From Methanobacteriota archaeon (GTDB lineage: Archaea; Methanobacteriota; Methanobacteria; Methanobacteriales; Methanobacteriaceae), in the NCBI GenBank assembly GCA_963787255.1, contig CAWBCJ010000025.1, positions 64,001 to 128,000 on the forward strand: a stretch of DNA of 64,000 nt, written 5' to 3'. The translations under genes were made by a program, and so were the position numbers. Below the pieces are notes generated by a model. It was not told the DNA's origin. It made no database searches and saw only the letters and a list, made by a program, of their open reading frames with translations. Below are positions 1 through 10,620 of this stretch, piece after piece (the stretch's first letter is position 1; each line of letters starts with the position of its first letter).

Positions 1-2
1 GC

Positions 3-722
3 GAGCTAATATCGGCATTACAGGCATCTGGCTTAATAAATGATTTAAAGGACTGTGGATATGCAATTGCCGGTAGAACTGATAAGGGTGTCCATGCTCT
101 AGGAAATGTTATTTCTTTTAGAACAGAAGAAGAGGTAAAGATTAATCATATTAACGATTTACTGCCTAATAGTATACGTATTTTAGCATTAGCCGGAGTT
201 CCATTTGGATTCAAACCAAGATATGCAAAAAACAGACATTACAGGTACGTAATTGCTAATGGAACAGATTTAGATTTAAAAAAAATCAAATTAGCTTCAG
301 AAATGATTCATGGTACTCATGATTTCTCTAATTTCTCAAAAAGAAGCGAAAGGAATCCTTTAAGAACTGTAGAAAGCATAGAAACCTTCGTAGAGGGGGA
401 TGTTTTAATAATTGATGTTATAGGGGAGAGCTTTCTGTGGAATATGGTCAGAAAAATTGCTACAGCCTTATTTATGGTAGGATCAAATCAATTAGAGATT
501 GATGAGATTAAAAAATTCTTAAATCCTTCAATTCATGCTGCAATTGCCCCTATGGCTCCAGAAGGCCTTATTCTTGTAGATACTATCTACGAAGGAATTA
601 AATTTAAATACGATGAATATGCTAGGAAAAAGTTCTTATCAATTATGGAGGAGGAATACTTATATAACCAGACAATTGCGGCTGCAAAAAAAGCAATGAT
701 TAATAATTTAAGCTTTTTTTGA
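3..722 (+). CDS. truA: tRNA pseudouridine(38-40) synthase TruA (5'-partial, runs off window start)
   Basis: Frame is open from position 3 and contains AGRTDKGVHA (catalytic Asp); C-terminal half has GTHDFSNF and SFLWNMVRKI motifs. Confidence 0.95.
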   Translation, partial: ELISALQASGLINDLKDCGYAIAGRTDKGVHALGNVISFRTEEEVKINHINDLLPNSIRILALAGVPFGFKPRYAKNRHYRYVIANGTDLDLKKIKLASEMIHGTHDFSNFSKRSERNPLRTVESIETFVEGDVLIIDVIGESFLWNMVRKIATALFMVGSNQLEIDEIKKFLNPSIHAAIAPMAPEGLILVDTIYEGIKFKYDEYARKKFLSIMEEEYLYNQTIAAAKKAMINNLSFF

Positions 723-1235
723 TTATATAAATAATCAAATTTCTAAATATTACCAGTTATGGACTATATATGATTTAACAGCCTTTTTGATCATCTAAAT
801 GATTATATTTACAAATTTTATTGTATAAAATTCCTTTTTTTTGTGATTAAAATAGTTTCTATTTCTATATTTGTTTGGTCACTTTATAGTTAAGTTATTA
901 CTTGTAAATATATTTTTTCAAAATTTCTTTATAATCTAAAACCAATAATATAACGTTATAACATTATAACTAACCGTAATAACATTTTTTAATGGTTTTA
1001 TTTATTTAATTTATTTTCTTTTCTTTAATGGACATTAATATTAAATTATATGATGCAAAATTTAATTTATTAACGGTTTTTTTTATCATTAGAATAAGAT
1101 TAGAAAATAAGAAATTATATTAGCCTTTTAACTTAAAAAAGGAACATTTGCTTTTTAATTCTTTTTACGATAAATATTTAAGTGTTTGCAACCAAATAAT
1201 AATAATATTGCATACAATAATAAAAAGGTGATAAT

Positions 1236-2393
1236 ATAAAAACAATAATGATGGCCGGCGGAAAAGGGACGCGATTAAGACCTTTAACTCTAATTAGGCC
1301 CAAACCAATGATTCCATTAGTTAATAAACCCATAATGGAATACACAGTAGATAGATTAAAAAAATTTGGATTTAACGACATAATAATGACTTTAAACTAT
1401 ATGTCAACCACTATAAAGAACTACTTTAAAGATGGTTCAAAATTTGGTGTAGACATAAGATATTCTGTAGAAAAATGGCCTCTTGGAACAGGGGGAAGTG
1501 TAAAAAAAGCAGAAAGGTATATTGACGATACATTTATGGTTGTAAGTGGTGACGTTCTTACTGACGTTGACTTTAAAGATGTTTTAAAGTTTCACAAAGA
1601 GAAAGGTGCTTTAGTAACAATGGTATTGACTGAAGTTGAAGATCCCTCTCATTTTGGAATTGCAGTAATGGATAAAGAAAATAAAATAACAGAATATTTA
1701 GAAAAGCCATCTCCTGAAGAAGCTTTTAGTAATGTGGCTAATACTGGAATTTATATCTTCGAGCCCGAAATATTCGATTTCTTCCCAGAAGATGAAGAAG
1801 AGGTAGACTTTTCCAAGGATATATTCCCTGAAGTTATAAAAAAAGATGCAGGAATATATGGCTATATTTTCAATGGCTACTGGAACGATGTTGGACGGCC
1901 AGAAACATTTATGAAAGCAACTTATGACATACTGGACCAGAAAATGGAACAGAATTTCTACAAGTCAAAAATAGAAGAAGGTGTAGGAAAAATAGGAAAT
2001 ATTTGGGTTGGAGAGAATGTTTTAATTGATAAAAAGGTAAGAATAGAAGGACCTGTGGTAATTGGAAATAACTGTACCATTGAAAAAGGATGTAAAATAT
2101 CAAAAGGAAGCGTTATAGGAAATAATGTTTCAATAGGAAAAGATGTAAAAATTGATGGGGCAGTAATTCTCTCTGACAGTATTATAGAAGATAACTCATT
2201 CCTAACTGGATGCATAGTAGATACTAAATGCATTATTGATAAAAACACTGTTTTAGAAAGTGGTGTTGTTGCTGGAAGCCTGGTAGAAATAGGTGAAAAT
2301 AGTATTATTAGATCATCAAGGTCAATAACAAATAACATGAAGATTTTGCCCCATTCAATAATTGATTCTGACTATGAAATGGAGGCAAAATAA
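1236..2393 (+). CDS. Sugar-phosphate nucleotidyltransferase (mannose-1-phosphate guanylyltransferase-like) with hexapeptide-repeat C-terminus
   Basis: MAGGKGTRLRPLT..PKPM signature, YWNDVG, left-handed beta-helix repeats; start placed at ATA 1236 after AGGTGA (track start 1248). Confidence 0.9.
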   Translation: MKTIMMAGGKGTRLRPLTLIRPKPMIPLVNKPIMEYTVDRLKKFGFNDIIMTLNYMSTTIKNYFKDGSKFGVDIRYSVEKWPLGTGGSVKKAERYIDDTFMVVSGDVLTDVDFKDVLKFHKEKGALVTMVLTEVEDPSHFGIAVMDKENKITEYLEKPSPEEAFSNVANTGIYIFEPEIFDFFPEDEEEVDFSKDIFPEVIKKDAGIYGYIFNGYWNDVGRPETFMKATYDILDQKMEQNFYKSKIEEGVGKIGNIWVGENVLIDKKVRIEGPVVIGNNCTIEKGCKISKGSVIGNNVSIGKDVKIDGAVILSDSIIEDNSFLTGCIVDTKCIIDKNTVLESGVVAGSLVEIGENSIIRSSRSITNNMKILPHSIIDSDYEMEAK

Positions 2394-2504
2394 CTGAAAA
2401 ATTTATAAAATTAAAAAAAAATAATTCATTATATAAATCCATTTATTCTATTTTAAAATATAAATATTCAAAAAAATATTTCTTTTAACCGGAGGTAAAT
2501 TTAA

Positions 2505-3800
2505 GTGTCCTTATATATTCAAGAAATTCGTGGAGTTGTAAATTCTGAAATAACCAACGAATTTGCTTCAAATCTTGGTAACATCATAGGTAATTATATG
2601 GGGCATGGAAAGAAGGTAATAGTTGGAAGAGATGTCAACGATTCCTCTCAAATGATAAAACGATCCATTACCGCCGGAATACTCGCATCAGGAATTAACG
2701 TAGTTGATTTTGGAGTTGCACCAATACCCACAGTACATTATGGAGCAGATCTTTATAATGCAGACGTTATAGTTACCATAACAGCATCCCATCTTCAACC
2801 AGAAGAAATTGACATAAGAATATTTAGTAATCATGAAATACCACTTACACAGCAGCATGCAGAAAAAGTATCTCCTGACAAAATAGGTAAACTTTCTTAT
2901 GTCCATGATTATGTTGATAAATATTTAAATGCTGTTTTAAATCATACTGAAAAGGATTTAATAAGTACCATGTCTCCAAAAGTTGTCTTAGACTGCGTAA
3001 ACGGCACTGTTGTGCCATTTTTACCCGAAATTTTAAGCAGACTAGGATCAGAAGCAATTCTTTTTGGATGCCAGCCTACAAATATAAGCGCCCAAAAATT
3101 TGCAGAACCCACCCCTGAAAGTATTTCCATGGTTTCAAGCATTGTAAACGCTGTGGGTGCAGATATGGGAATTGCAATGGATAACGATGGTGATAGAGTT
3201 GTTTTCATCGACGAAAAAGGAAATACAATAAGGGATCAAACTATAATGGCATTACTTGCAAGGGAATATCTAATTGAAAACCCGGGAGGAACAATAGTTA
3301 CTTCTGTTACTGCATCAATGTCTCTTGATGAAATAGTAAAAGATCATGATGGTAAACTCATAAAAGTTCCTTTAGATAATATTCTTGAAGAAATAGTAAA
3401 AAATAAAGCAGTATTTGGAGGAGATGACTCTGGAATGTACGTATTTCCCGAGTTTCAAAAATGCTTCGATGCCATCTTTGCAGCAGTTAAACTGCTCGAA
3501 ATTGTATGTAAACGCAACACAACACTTTCAGCAATGGTAAATGATATACCAGAATATCCAAGAACAGTATTTTCTGTTAAAGTTGAACACGAAAATAAAA
3601 ATAAGATATTAAAAAATTTAAAGGATAATTTAGTTGAAAATGGTGAAATTGACACCACAGAAGGAATAAAAGTTCAAGAAGAAGATTCATTTATATTAGT
3701 AAGACCTTCCAGATTTGAACCACTGATGAGAGTCTATGTTGAGGCCAAGTCTTCTGGAAAGCTGCAAAAATTAAGTCATGACATAAAAAAGATGATATAA
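2505..3800 (+). CDS. Phosphomannomutase/phosphoglucomutase family protein
   Basis: TASH phosphoserine loop, DNDGDR metal loop, VRPSRFEP C-terminal motif; GGAGGT RBS before GTG. Confidence 0.9.
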   Translation: MSLYIQEIRGVVNSEITNEFASNLGNIIGNYMGHGKKVIVGRDVNDSSQMIKRSITAGILASGINVVDFGVAPIPTVHYGADLYNADVIVTITASHLQPEEIDIRIFSNHEIPLTQQHAEKVSPDKIGKLSYVHDYVDKYLNAVLNHTEKDLISTMSPKVVLDCVNGTVVPFLPEILSRLGSEAILFGCQPTNISAQKFAEPTPESISMVSSIVNAVGADMGIAMDNDGDRVVFIDEKGNTIRDQTIMALLAREYLIENPGGTIVTSVTASMSLDEIVKDHDGKLIKVPLDNILEEIVKNKAVFGGDDSGMYVFPEFQKCFDAIFAAVKLLEIVCKRNTTLSAMVNDIPEYPRTVFSVKVEHENKNKILKNLKDNLVENGEIDTTEGIKVQEEDSFILVRPSRFEPLMRVYVEAKSSGKLQKLSHDIKKMI

Positions 3801-3960
3801 TACACATTTTTTTTAATACGCTCATCTCCTCGATATAGTTCGTTGATTTAATATTATTTTTAGAGCTTTATTTATCCATTTAATGCCATTAAATGATGTA
3901 ATTTGTAAGTAAAATTTCACAAAAACTAAAATACAACTTTTGACATAAAAAAGAGAAATT

Positions 3961-4642
3961 ATGAAAAATATAGAATCTATACCCGTAAAATCACCATTAA
4001 AAGGAGAGTGGATGGTCCTGAATAGCCCGGGCACTAAAGTTCCAAGTCATGGTACGGATTATCTTGCACAAACATATGCTTTCGATCTTTTACAGGTTGA
4101 TTGGATCCAGAAACCCTTTAAATTCTACAAAAAAAGCATTTTAGATTATTTTCTGGGTAAAGTACATTTAAGTGATTGTTACTGCTACGGAAAACCTATT
4201 TATGCACCGATTTCCGGTACTGTGGTAGAAGCTCTTGATGGATACCCGGAACGCGACCCCGTTCAACCTTTCCGCGATATTTCAGTTGCTTTTAAGAATG
4301 CATGGTTTTTTGATCCGCAAAAACACAGCATCCAAGAAGTTGCAGGCAATTTTATTATCATTTATGGGGATGAAACCTGTGCAGTTCTTGCACATATGAA
4401 AAAAGGTTCCATAAAAGTTAAAAAGAGGTGATGAAATTAATTCTGGAGATTTAATTGGCAATATTGGCCATTCTGGTAATTCCACAGCACCCCATCTTCA
4501 TTTTCACCTCATGGATAGTCCTGATCCTATTACTGCTAAAGGTATTCCCTGCTGTTTTAAAGAATATGAATTATATCTTAATGGCAACTGGATTAAAATA
4601 AAAAATGGAATACCAAAAAATAAGGATAGAATTCACTTTTAG
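3961..4642 (+). CDS. M23 family metallopeptidase, split by a +1 frameshift near 4425
   Basis: YAFD, PIYAPISGTVV, GNFIII, LAHMKKGSIKVK, then in the +1 frame GDEINSGDLIGNIGHSGNSTAPHLHFHL ending TAG 4640-4642. Confidence 0.85.
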
Positions 4643-4804
4643 AAAACAAGAATTAAACATCGTTGAATCTGAGTTAGTTAAGTTCTACAGTTTATTTTTA
4701 CACCCATAATGATTAATAATGGATGCCTGACAACTGCCACCAATAGAATTAACTCATTTTTTTAAATTCTTCCGCAGCTCAAAAATATTTTATTTTGAGC
4801 AGGG

Positions 4805-5079
4805 ACTTATATTAATAAGGAAGGTACCATGGTGACAGTATTTCAGGTTCATCCTGATTCAGAATCAGCTGAATTCCACATGAAAGTGGCAGGTCCTGTA
4901 TTCTCTAATTTTGTGGATTCATTAATATGTTAGGAATAGACATCTATGGTAAGCCAAGTAAAAGTTTGATGGAGCGATTGTTACTCAAGGCTAAAATGTT
5001 AGGGAGCAGGAATGTAACTGTGCATGAACTCCATTCAGGTTTTAATCGGTATATAATTTCAGAAAAAAGCATGGAGTAA
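4805..5079 (+). pseudogene. 5'-truncated, frameshifted remnant of an ABM/dimeric alpha-beta barrel-like protein
   Basis: Reads YINKEGTMVTVFQVHPDSESAEFHMKVAGPVFSNFVD, frameshift near 4920, then INMLGIDIYGKPSKSLMERL...HSGFNR; no N-terminal half. Confidence 0.55.
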
Positions 5080-5194
5080 TATATAAAATCCGACAATATG
5101 TTTCATTATGAGTAAAAATCGACCTAGAATACGTAAATATACTCAATCATCATATACATAATTTCATGAATAGAATAGGGAAGGGATATTAAGA

Positions 5195-5317
5195 ATGAGG
5201 AAAAATAAGCATTCTGAAACTAGAATCTGTAAGATATGTTGGAAGGGTTTTCAATATTATGATGGAAATAATGGTTTATGTAAAGATTGTAAAAGAGAAA
5301 AAAGAGGATGTACATAA
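5195..5317 (+). CDS. 40-aa zinc-finger microprotein (CxxC...CxxC)
   Basis: MRKNKHSETRICKICWKGFQYYDGNNGLCKDCKREKRGCT*; purine-rich AGGGAAGGGA upstream; below the ORF-track cut-off. Confidence 0.65.
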   Translation: MRKNKHSETRICKICWKGFQYYDGNNGLCKDCKREKRGCT

Positions 5318-5510
5318 TGAATAGTATTATAATTTGGTAATTGTTTTATATTTAGTATTGTTATAATATATTGTAAATATTAATACAATATTATGGATAT
5401 TGTGGTTTCTAAAAGTATTCATTGAATGTACGGATTTGTACGTTTTGAGGGTTCTAAAGTTGTCATTTATTCTAAAAAAAATGTATTAATTTAAATATTT
5501 AAATAAGAAA

Positions 5511-5534
5511 ATCAGTATTTAAAGCAATACTGAT
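5511..5534. promoter_or_regulatory. Perfect 9-bp inverted repeat, candidate operator
   Basis: ATCAGTATT-taaagc-AATACTGAT overlapping a TTTAAA box upstream of the DUF460 gene. Confidence 0.4.
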
Positions 5535-5562
5535 ACCTTTAATCTGTATTTAAAATGGAAGC

Positions 5563-6966
5563 ATGCAGTTAGGAGGAAATTACCTGGTTTATAATAATAT
5601 GGGCAAAATTGTAGAAACTGAAAACATGAATTTATTTTCAACTTCTAAAACAGAGGAAAGAAACCAAAAATGGATTATTGTGGGATTTGATCCTGGATTG
5701 ACCGTAGGAATAGCAATTTTAGATCTATCCGGAAATGTTATTTCTACAAGGAGTTTTAAAGAAATCAGTAGATCAGAAATAATAAAACACATTATAGGTT
5801 ATGGAAAAGCTGTTTTAGTTGCTACAGATGTATATCCGCCTCCAAAAATGGTTAAGAAGCTTGCATCAACTCTTAATTCTAAAATATATTCTCCAACCAA
5901 GACTTTTACAGTTAGTTCAAAGACAGAACTTGTTGATAGTTATTTAAATGAATTATCTTCTGCGAAATTCCCGGATAATGCTCATGAAAGGGATGCACTG
6001 GCTGCAGCAGTTAAAACCTACAAGCATTATCAAAGAAAACTGAATCAAATTGAAAGGAGATCAGAAAAGATTGGTTTATCTCCTGAAGAGATTGATGAGG
6101 TTAAAAGTATTGTAATAAAGGGACGCCCAATTAGTAAGGCCATTGATGATGTTTTAAAAATTCCGGAAAGTTCAGATCTGGAAACTCAAATTGTGGAAAT
6201 AGAAAATGACATAGATTCTATTGATGAAGAAAAACTTAAAAGGATTGAAGAAGCTGCCAGGAAACTTAAACTGAAAATAAAATCCCAGCAAAACCAGATT
6301 AAATATTTAAACCGTAAAAATAAGCGCCTAAAAAAAGAAATAAATAAATACGAGGATAAAAATGATGCTCTTGAAAAGAGAATTGAAAAACTTCATTATG
6401 ATTACTCTAAGGATATTTTAAGTAAAAAAGAGTTATCGGCAAAGATTTCCATCATAAAGGGTCTTCATGAGAAATATAATGAAGAGAAAAAGCGTAGGGA
6501 AGAACTTGAGGAAAATCTGCGTTCAATAAAGAATGTTCGGGTACAGGAATTATCTAAAAAGGCGGTTCCTGTAAAAATTATAGAGTCATTTACTAAAGAG
6601 GGGATAAGGGCTGCTTGTGATTATTGGAAGATTAAAAAGGGAGATGTAGTTTTGTTATCCAGTTCTGAAGGTGGGGGTTCGCAAACAGCTTCACTGCTTA
6701 TTAAAACTGGAATAGGCGCTGTAATTGTTATGGATAAAATGTCCCATCCTGCAGAAGAAGAATTTGAAAAGAATAATGTTCCTGTGTTGGATGCAAGCAA
6801 AATTAACATGAAAATGATTGGAGAGTTTGCAGTGATTGATAGGGATATTTTAAAGGAAGAAATTGGGAATTGGAATGTTAAAATTAAGGAGAAGCAGAAA
6901 ATAGAAGAGGAAAGGAAGCTTCTTGAAGTTATAGATGAATATCGTGCTCAAAGAAAGAGGTCATAA
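5563..6966 (+). CDS. DUF460 domain protein (RNase H-like N-terminus plus long coiled coil)
   Basis: IVGFDPGLTVGIAILDLSG, VATDV, AHERDALAAA motifs; true start may be CTG 5584 or ATG 5599. Confidence 0.85.
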   Translation: MQLGGNYLVYNNMGKIVETENMNLFSTSKTEERNQKWIIVGFDPGLTVGIAILDLSGNVISTRSFKEISRSEIIKHIIGYGKAVLVATDVYPPPKMVKKLASTLNSKIYSPTKTFTVSSKTELVDSYLNELSSAKFPDNAHERDALAAAVKTYKHYQRKLNQIERRSEKIGLSPEEIDEVKSIVIKGRPISKAIDDVLKIPESSDLETQIVEIENDIDSIDEEKLKRIEEAARKLKLKIKSQQNQIKYLNRKNKRLKKEINKYEDKNDALEKRIEKLHYDYSKDILSKKELSAKISIIKGLHEKYNEEKKRREELEENLRSIKNVRVQELSKKAVPVKIIESFTKEGIRAACDYWKIKKGDVVLLSSSEGGGSQTASLLIKTGIGAVIVMDKMSHPAEEEFEKNNVPVLDASKINMKMIGEFAVIDRDILKEEIGNWNVKIKEKQKIEEERKLLEVIDEYRAQRKRS

Positions 6967-7040
6967 TGTATTAACTTAATTTTTCCCTAATTTTTTTTGG
7001 AATTAAGTTTATAAAGTTTGAAAATATTAAGTTTTATTAT

Positions 7041-8363
7041 ATGTTATCTGTAAAAATTGCGGTTATAATAGGGACAAGGCCAGAAATTATTAAGATGGCT
7101 CCTGTAATTGATGAAATGGAAAAAAGGAATGTTCAGTATATTTTAATTCACACTGGACAGCATTATGATCATGAAATGTCTGATCAGTTTTTCATTGATT
7201 TAGAATTAAGAAAACCGGATTATAATATTGGTGTTGGATCTGGATCTCATGGGGAACAAACAGCCATTATGATTAAAGGTATAGAAGAGGTTTTATTAAA
7301 TGAAAAGCCTGATTTAGTTCTTGTTCAAGGAGATACAAATGCAGTTCTTTCTGGAGCAATAGTGGCAAGCAAGCTCCATATTCCTGTAGGGCATGTTGAA
7401 GCTGGTTTAAGGTCATATGATAAATCAATGCCCGAAGAAATAAATCGGGAAGTTGCAGATGTCTGTTCACGAATATTTTTTGTTCCTACAGAAGAATCAG
7501 CTCTTAACCTGCTTTTTGCTGGTATAACTCCTAAAGATATATTTATAACTGGAAATACCATAGTAGATGCCTGCATGAGAAATCTTAAAATTGCTAAAAA
7601 GAAATCTGAAATACCATTTGAAATAAATGATGATACAATATTAACTCTTACCATGCATAGGGCTGAAAACGTTGATAATCCTATAAGGCTTCAAAATATT
7701 GTGGATGCATTAATGGAACTTGATGACGTTACTATAATATTCCCGACTCATCCTAGAACTCTTAAAAATCTTAAAAAATATAATTTATTTGAAAAGATGG
7801 AAAATGCGGGCCATATTAAAATGATAAAGCCTGTTGGTTATTTTGATTTCCTTCTTCTCCTTTCAAAATCCAAATTTATAATGACAGATTCTGGAGGGAT
7901 ACAGGAAGAAGCAATTACTTTAAATATTCCGTGTGCAACGCTTAGATATAATACTGAACGTCCAGAAACAGTTGAAGCTGGTGGGAATGTGCTTGTAGGT
8001 GCAGAAACGGGTAAAATAGTGGATACAGTTAGAGAAATTTTAGATAATCCTGGAATTTATTCTAAAATGAGTGAAGCAGAAAATCCATATGGAAAAGGGG
8101 ATTCCTCTAAAAGAATTTTGAATGCTATTTTAAATCTTTTTGAAGAGAATAAACTCCAGATTACTGTTCCTGAAGATATTATGAAAATAAGAAATCGGCA
8201 AATAGTTGAAATTAGTGAAAATATCACAGTTAATGAATTTGAAAAGGAAAATATTGGTTCACAAATTAGGATGGTTTTTGAAAATGGAGATGTCATGTTT
8301 CCATACAGTGATCTTAATTTAATGGACAAAATGATACTTTTGGATAGCTTAAAAATAACTTAA
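7041..8363 (+). CDS. wecB: UDP-N-acetylglucosamine 2-epimerase (non-hydrolysing)
   Basis: [45 protein letters not shown] motifs. Confidence 0.95.
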   Translation: MLSVKIAVIIGTRPEIIKMAPVIDEMEKRNVQYILIHTGQHYDHEMSDQFFIDLELRKPDYNIGVGSGSHGEQTAIMIKGIEEVLLNEKPDLVLVQGDTNAVLSGAIVASKLHIPVGHVEAGLRSYDKSMPEEINREVADVCSRIFFVPTEESALNLLFAGITPKDIFITGNTIVDACMRNLKIAKKKSEIPFEINDDTILTLTMHRAENVDNPIRLQNIVDALMELDDVTIIFPTHPRTLKNLKKYNLFEKMENAGHIKMIKPVGYFDFLLLLSKSKFIMTDSGGIQEEAITLNIPCATLRYNTERPETVEAGGNVLVGAETGKIVDTVREILDNPGIYSKMSEAENPYGKGDSSKRILNAILNLFEENKLQITVPEDIMKIRNRQIVEISENITVNEFEKENIGSQIRMVFENGDVMFPYSDLNLMDKMILLDSLKIT

Positions 8364-8430
8364 GCCTATATTTAAAGCAACTCAAAAATGTATATAAAAA
8401 AAATAATTCTATTTTTTTGGGGTTTATATT

Positions 8431-9432
8431 ATGAGAATACTTATTCTTGAATATGCGTCGGCTTTAGGACTTGATGATCCAGCCATATGTACTGAAGGGT
8501 ATGCAATGCTCAAAGGACTTACAGAAGATTTTAAATCCAAAAATACGGATTATTTAATATCTAAAAGTTCGCATTTTAATACTAAATACTGTAATTCTGT
8601 TGAGCTTGAAGGAGACTTGATGGGCTGGTTAGATGCAAATATTGCCATTTATGACCTGTGTCTTTTAATTGCTCCTGAAGAAGATTTTGTTTTGTATAAA
8701 TTAACTGAATTAATTGAAAAGAAAGATGTTAAAGTAATTGGATCCAGTTCAGAAGCCGTTTTTGTGTGTACTGATAAATTTAAAACGTATGAAGCTTTAA
8801 AAGATAAGGTTAATATCATAGAAACTGAAAGGATATTTTTCGATAAAATAGATGAGTATAAACCATTTTTTAGTGGGAAAAAAGTTATTAAACCTGCAGA
8901 TGGTGTTTCTTGTTCTGGAATAAATATTGTGAATTCATTAGATGAATTAAAGAAAGCAGCAAGTTCAATGCAAACTGTTCTTCCCTATTTTATAGTTCAA
9001 GATTTTGTAGAGGGAACATCAGCAAGCATCAGCTTACTATGTGATGGTAAAGAAGCAATTCCATTGAGTTTAAATTTGCAAGATATACAATTTAATAGTA
9101 ATGAGATAAATTATAATGGTGGAGAAGTCCCATTTGACCATGAATTGTCCCTTGAAGCAAAAAAAGCTGCTAAAAAAGCAGTTGAATCAATAAATGGTCT
9201 TAAAGGTTATGTTGGTGTTGATGTTATTTTGGGAGATACAGCTTATATTGTAGAGATTAATTCTAGAGTAACAACTCCTTATGTGGTTTTAAGAGATATT
9301 CTTGATTTCAACCTAGGAGAAGCAATATTTGATTCTATTTATGGTATTTTTCCTTCAAAAATTAATTTAAATGGAAAATTTTCCTTTTACAAAGAAAATA
9401 ATATTCTTAAAATGCATAAGTTAAAAGATTAA
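8431..9432 (+). CDS. mfnD: ATP-grasp protein, probable tyramine--L-glutamate ligase (methanofuran biosynthesis)
   Basis: EGYAML, IAPE, IKPADGVSC, GYVGVD, VEINSRVTTPYV; adjacent to mfnF. Confidence 0.8.
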   Translation: MRILILEYASALGLDDPAICTEGYAMLKGLTEDFKSKNTDYLISKSSHFNTKYCNSVELEGDLMGWLDANIAIYDLCLLIAPEEDFVLYKLTELIEKKDVKVIGSSSEAVFVCTDKFKTYEALKDKVNIIETERIFFDKIDEYKPFFSGKKVIKPADGVSCSGINIVNSLDELKKAASSMQTVLPYFIVQDFVEGTSASISLLCDGKEAIPLSLNLQDIQFNSNEINYNGGEVPFDHELSLEAKKAAKKAVESINGLKGYVGVDVILGDTAYIVEINSRVTTPYVVLRDILDFNLGEAIFDSIYGIFPSKINLNGKFSFYKENNILKMHKLKD

Positions 9433-9447
9433 TTAAAGAGCAACAGC

Positions 9448-10489
9448 GTGATTATTGTGAAAATAGCAGGATTTGACATAGGCGGTGCAAACACAGACCT
9501 TGCAGTGGTTAAATTTAACGATGAAGGAGAAATCTGCAGTATAAAAACAGATTTTTTATATTTTCCAATGTGGTTAAAAAAAGATGAACTGGGAAAAGCT
9601 CTTTTAGAGTTAGTCAAAAATGAAATAGAGGATATTGATGCTGTGGGAATATGCATGACTGCAGAACTGGTGGATGCATATAAAACTAAAAATGAAGGAG
9701 TAATAGACATTGCTACAAAGTCCCTGGAAGTATTTAGTGTCCCTGTAGGTTTCATTGGGCTTAATGGAGTTTTAAAATTTGATGATGTAGTTAAAAACCC
9801 TGATCAATTTGCAGCTGCAAACTGGATTGCCACTTCAAAAATAGCTGCTAAAATAGATCCTAACTGTATAATGATAGATACTGGAAGCACAACTACTGAT
9901 ATAATACCTATAAAAGAAGGATCAGAATGTGCCAGGGGTAAATCAGATCTTAGAAAGATTAAAAACAGGAGAACTAGTATATAGTGGGACTTTAAGGACT
10001 AATATTGCTGCATTAGTGGATAAAGTGCCTTTAAATGGTGAATTTGTAAGAGTATCTTCTGAACTTTTTGCAATCACTGCAGACGTCCAAATGGTACTTG
10101 GAAACATAAAAAAGGATGATTATTCATGTGATACACCAGATGGTGCAGGAAAATCTAAATTGGACTGTATGAGGCGACTATCAAGAATAATATGTGGAGA
10201 TCTTAACATGTTAAGTGAATCTGACATAGATGAGATGGCGATGTATATCTACAAAAAACAAGTTGAAAAGGTAGCTTCAGCGCTTCTTGAAGTTTCTAAA
10301 AGGGAAAATCTGGATTTAGTAGTGACAACTGGGCTTGGAATGGACATTATAGGTGCTAAAGCTGCAGAATTTGCAAAACTTGATTCAAAATGTATGAATA
10401 AAATCCTTAAAAAAGATGAATGTGTTGTTGCGCCTGCAGTTGGTACCGCACTTATGATGAGAGAGTTTATTGAAAACAAAAGTAAATAA
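9448..10489 (+). CDS. mfnF: Hydantoinase-like H4MPT-linked C1 transfer protein MfnF, split by a +1 frameshift near 9952
   Basis: [33 protein letters not shown] in the first frame; [30 protein letters not shown] in the +1 frame. Confidence 0.85.
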
Positions 10490-10620
10490 GTAATGTGGGA
10501 ATTCATTTTTTTTTATAGATTATATTTAAATATAAACAGATTGTATATAAGAACTTTAAAACATTAGACCAAACTTTTTCAAAAAAAATATGGATGAAAA
10601 TATAATTTCAAGTTGATTCA

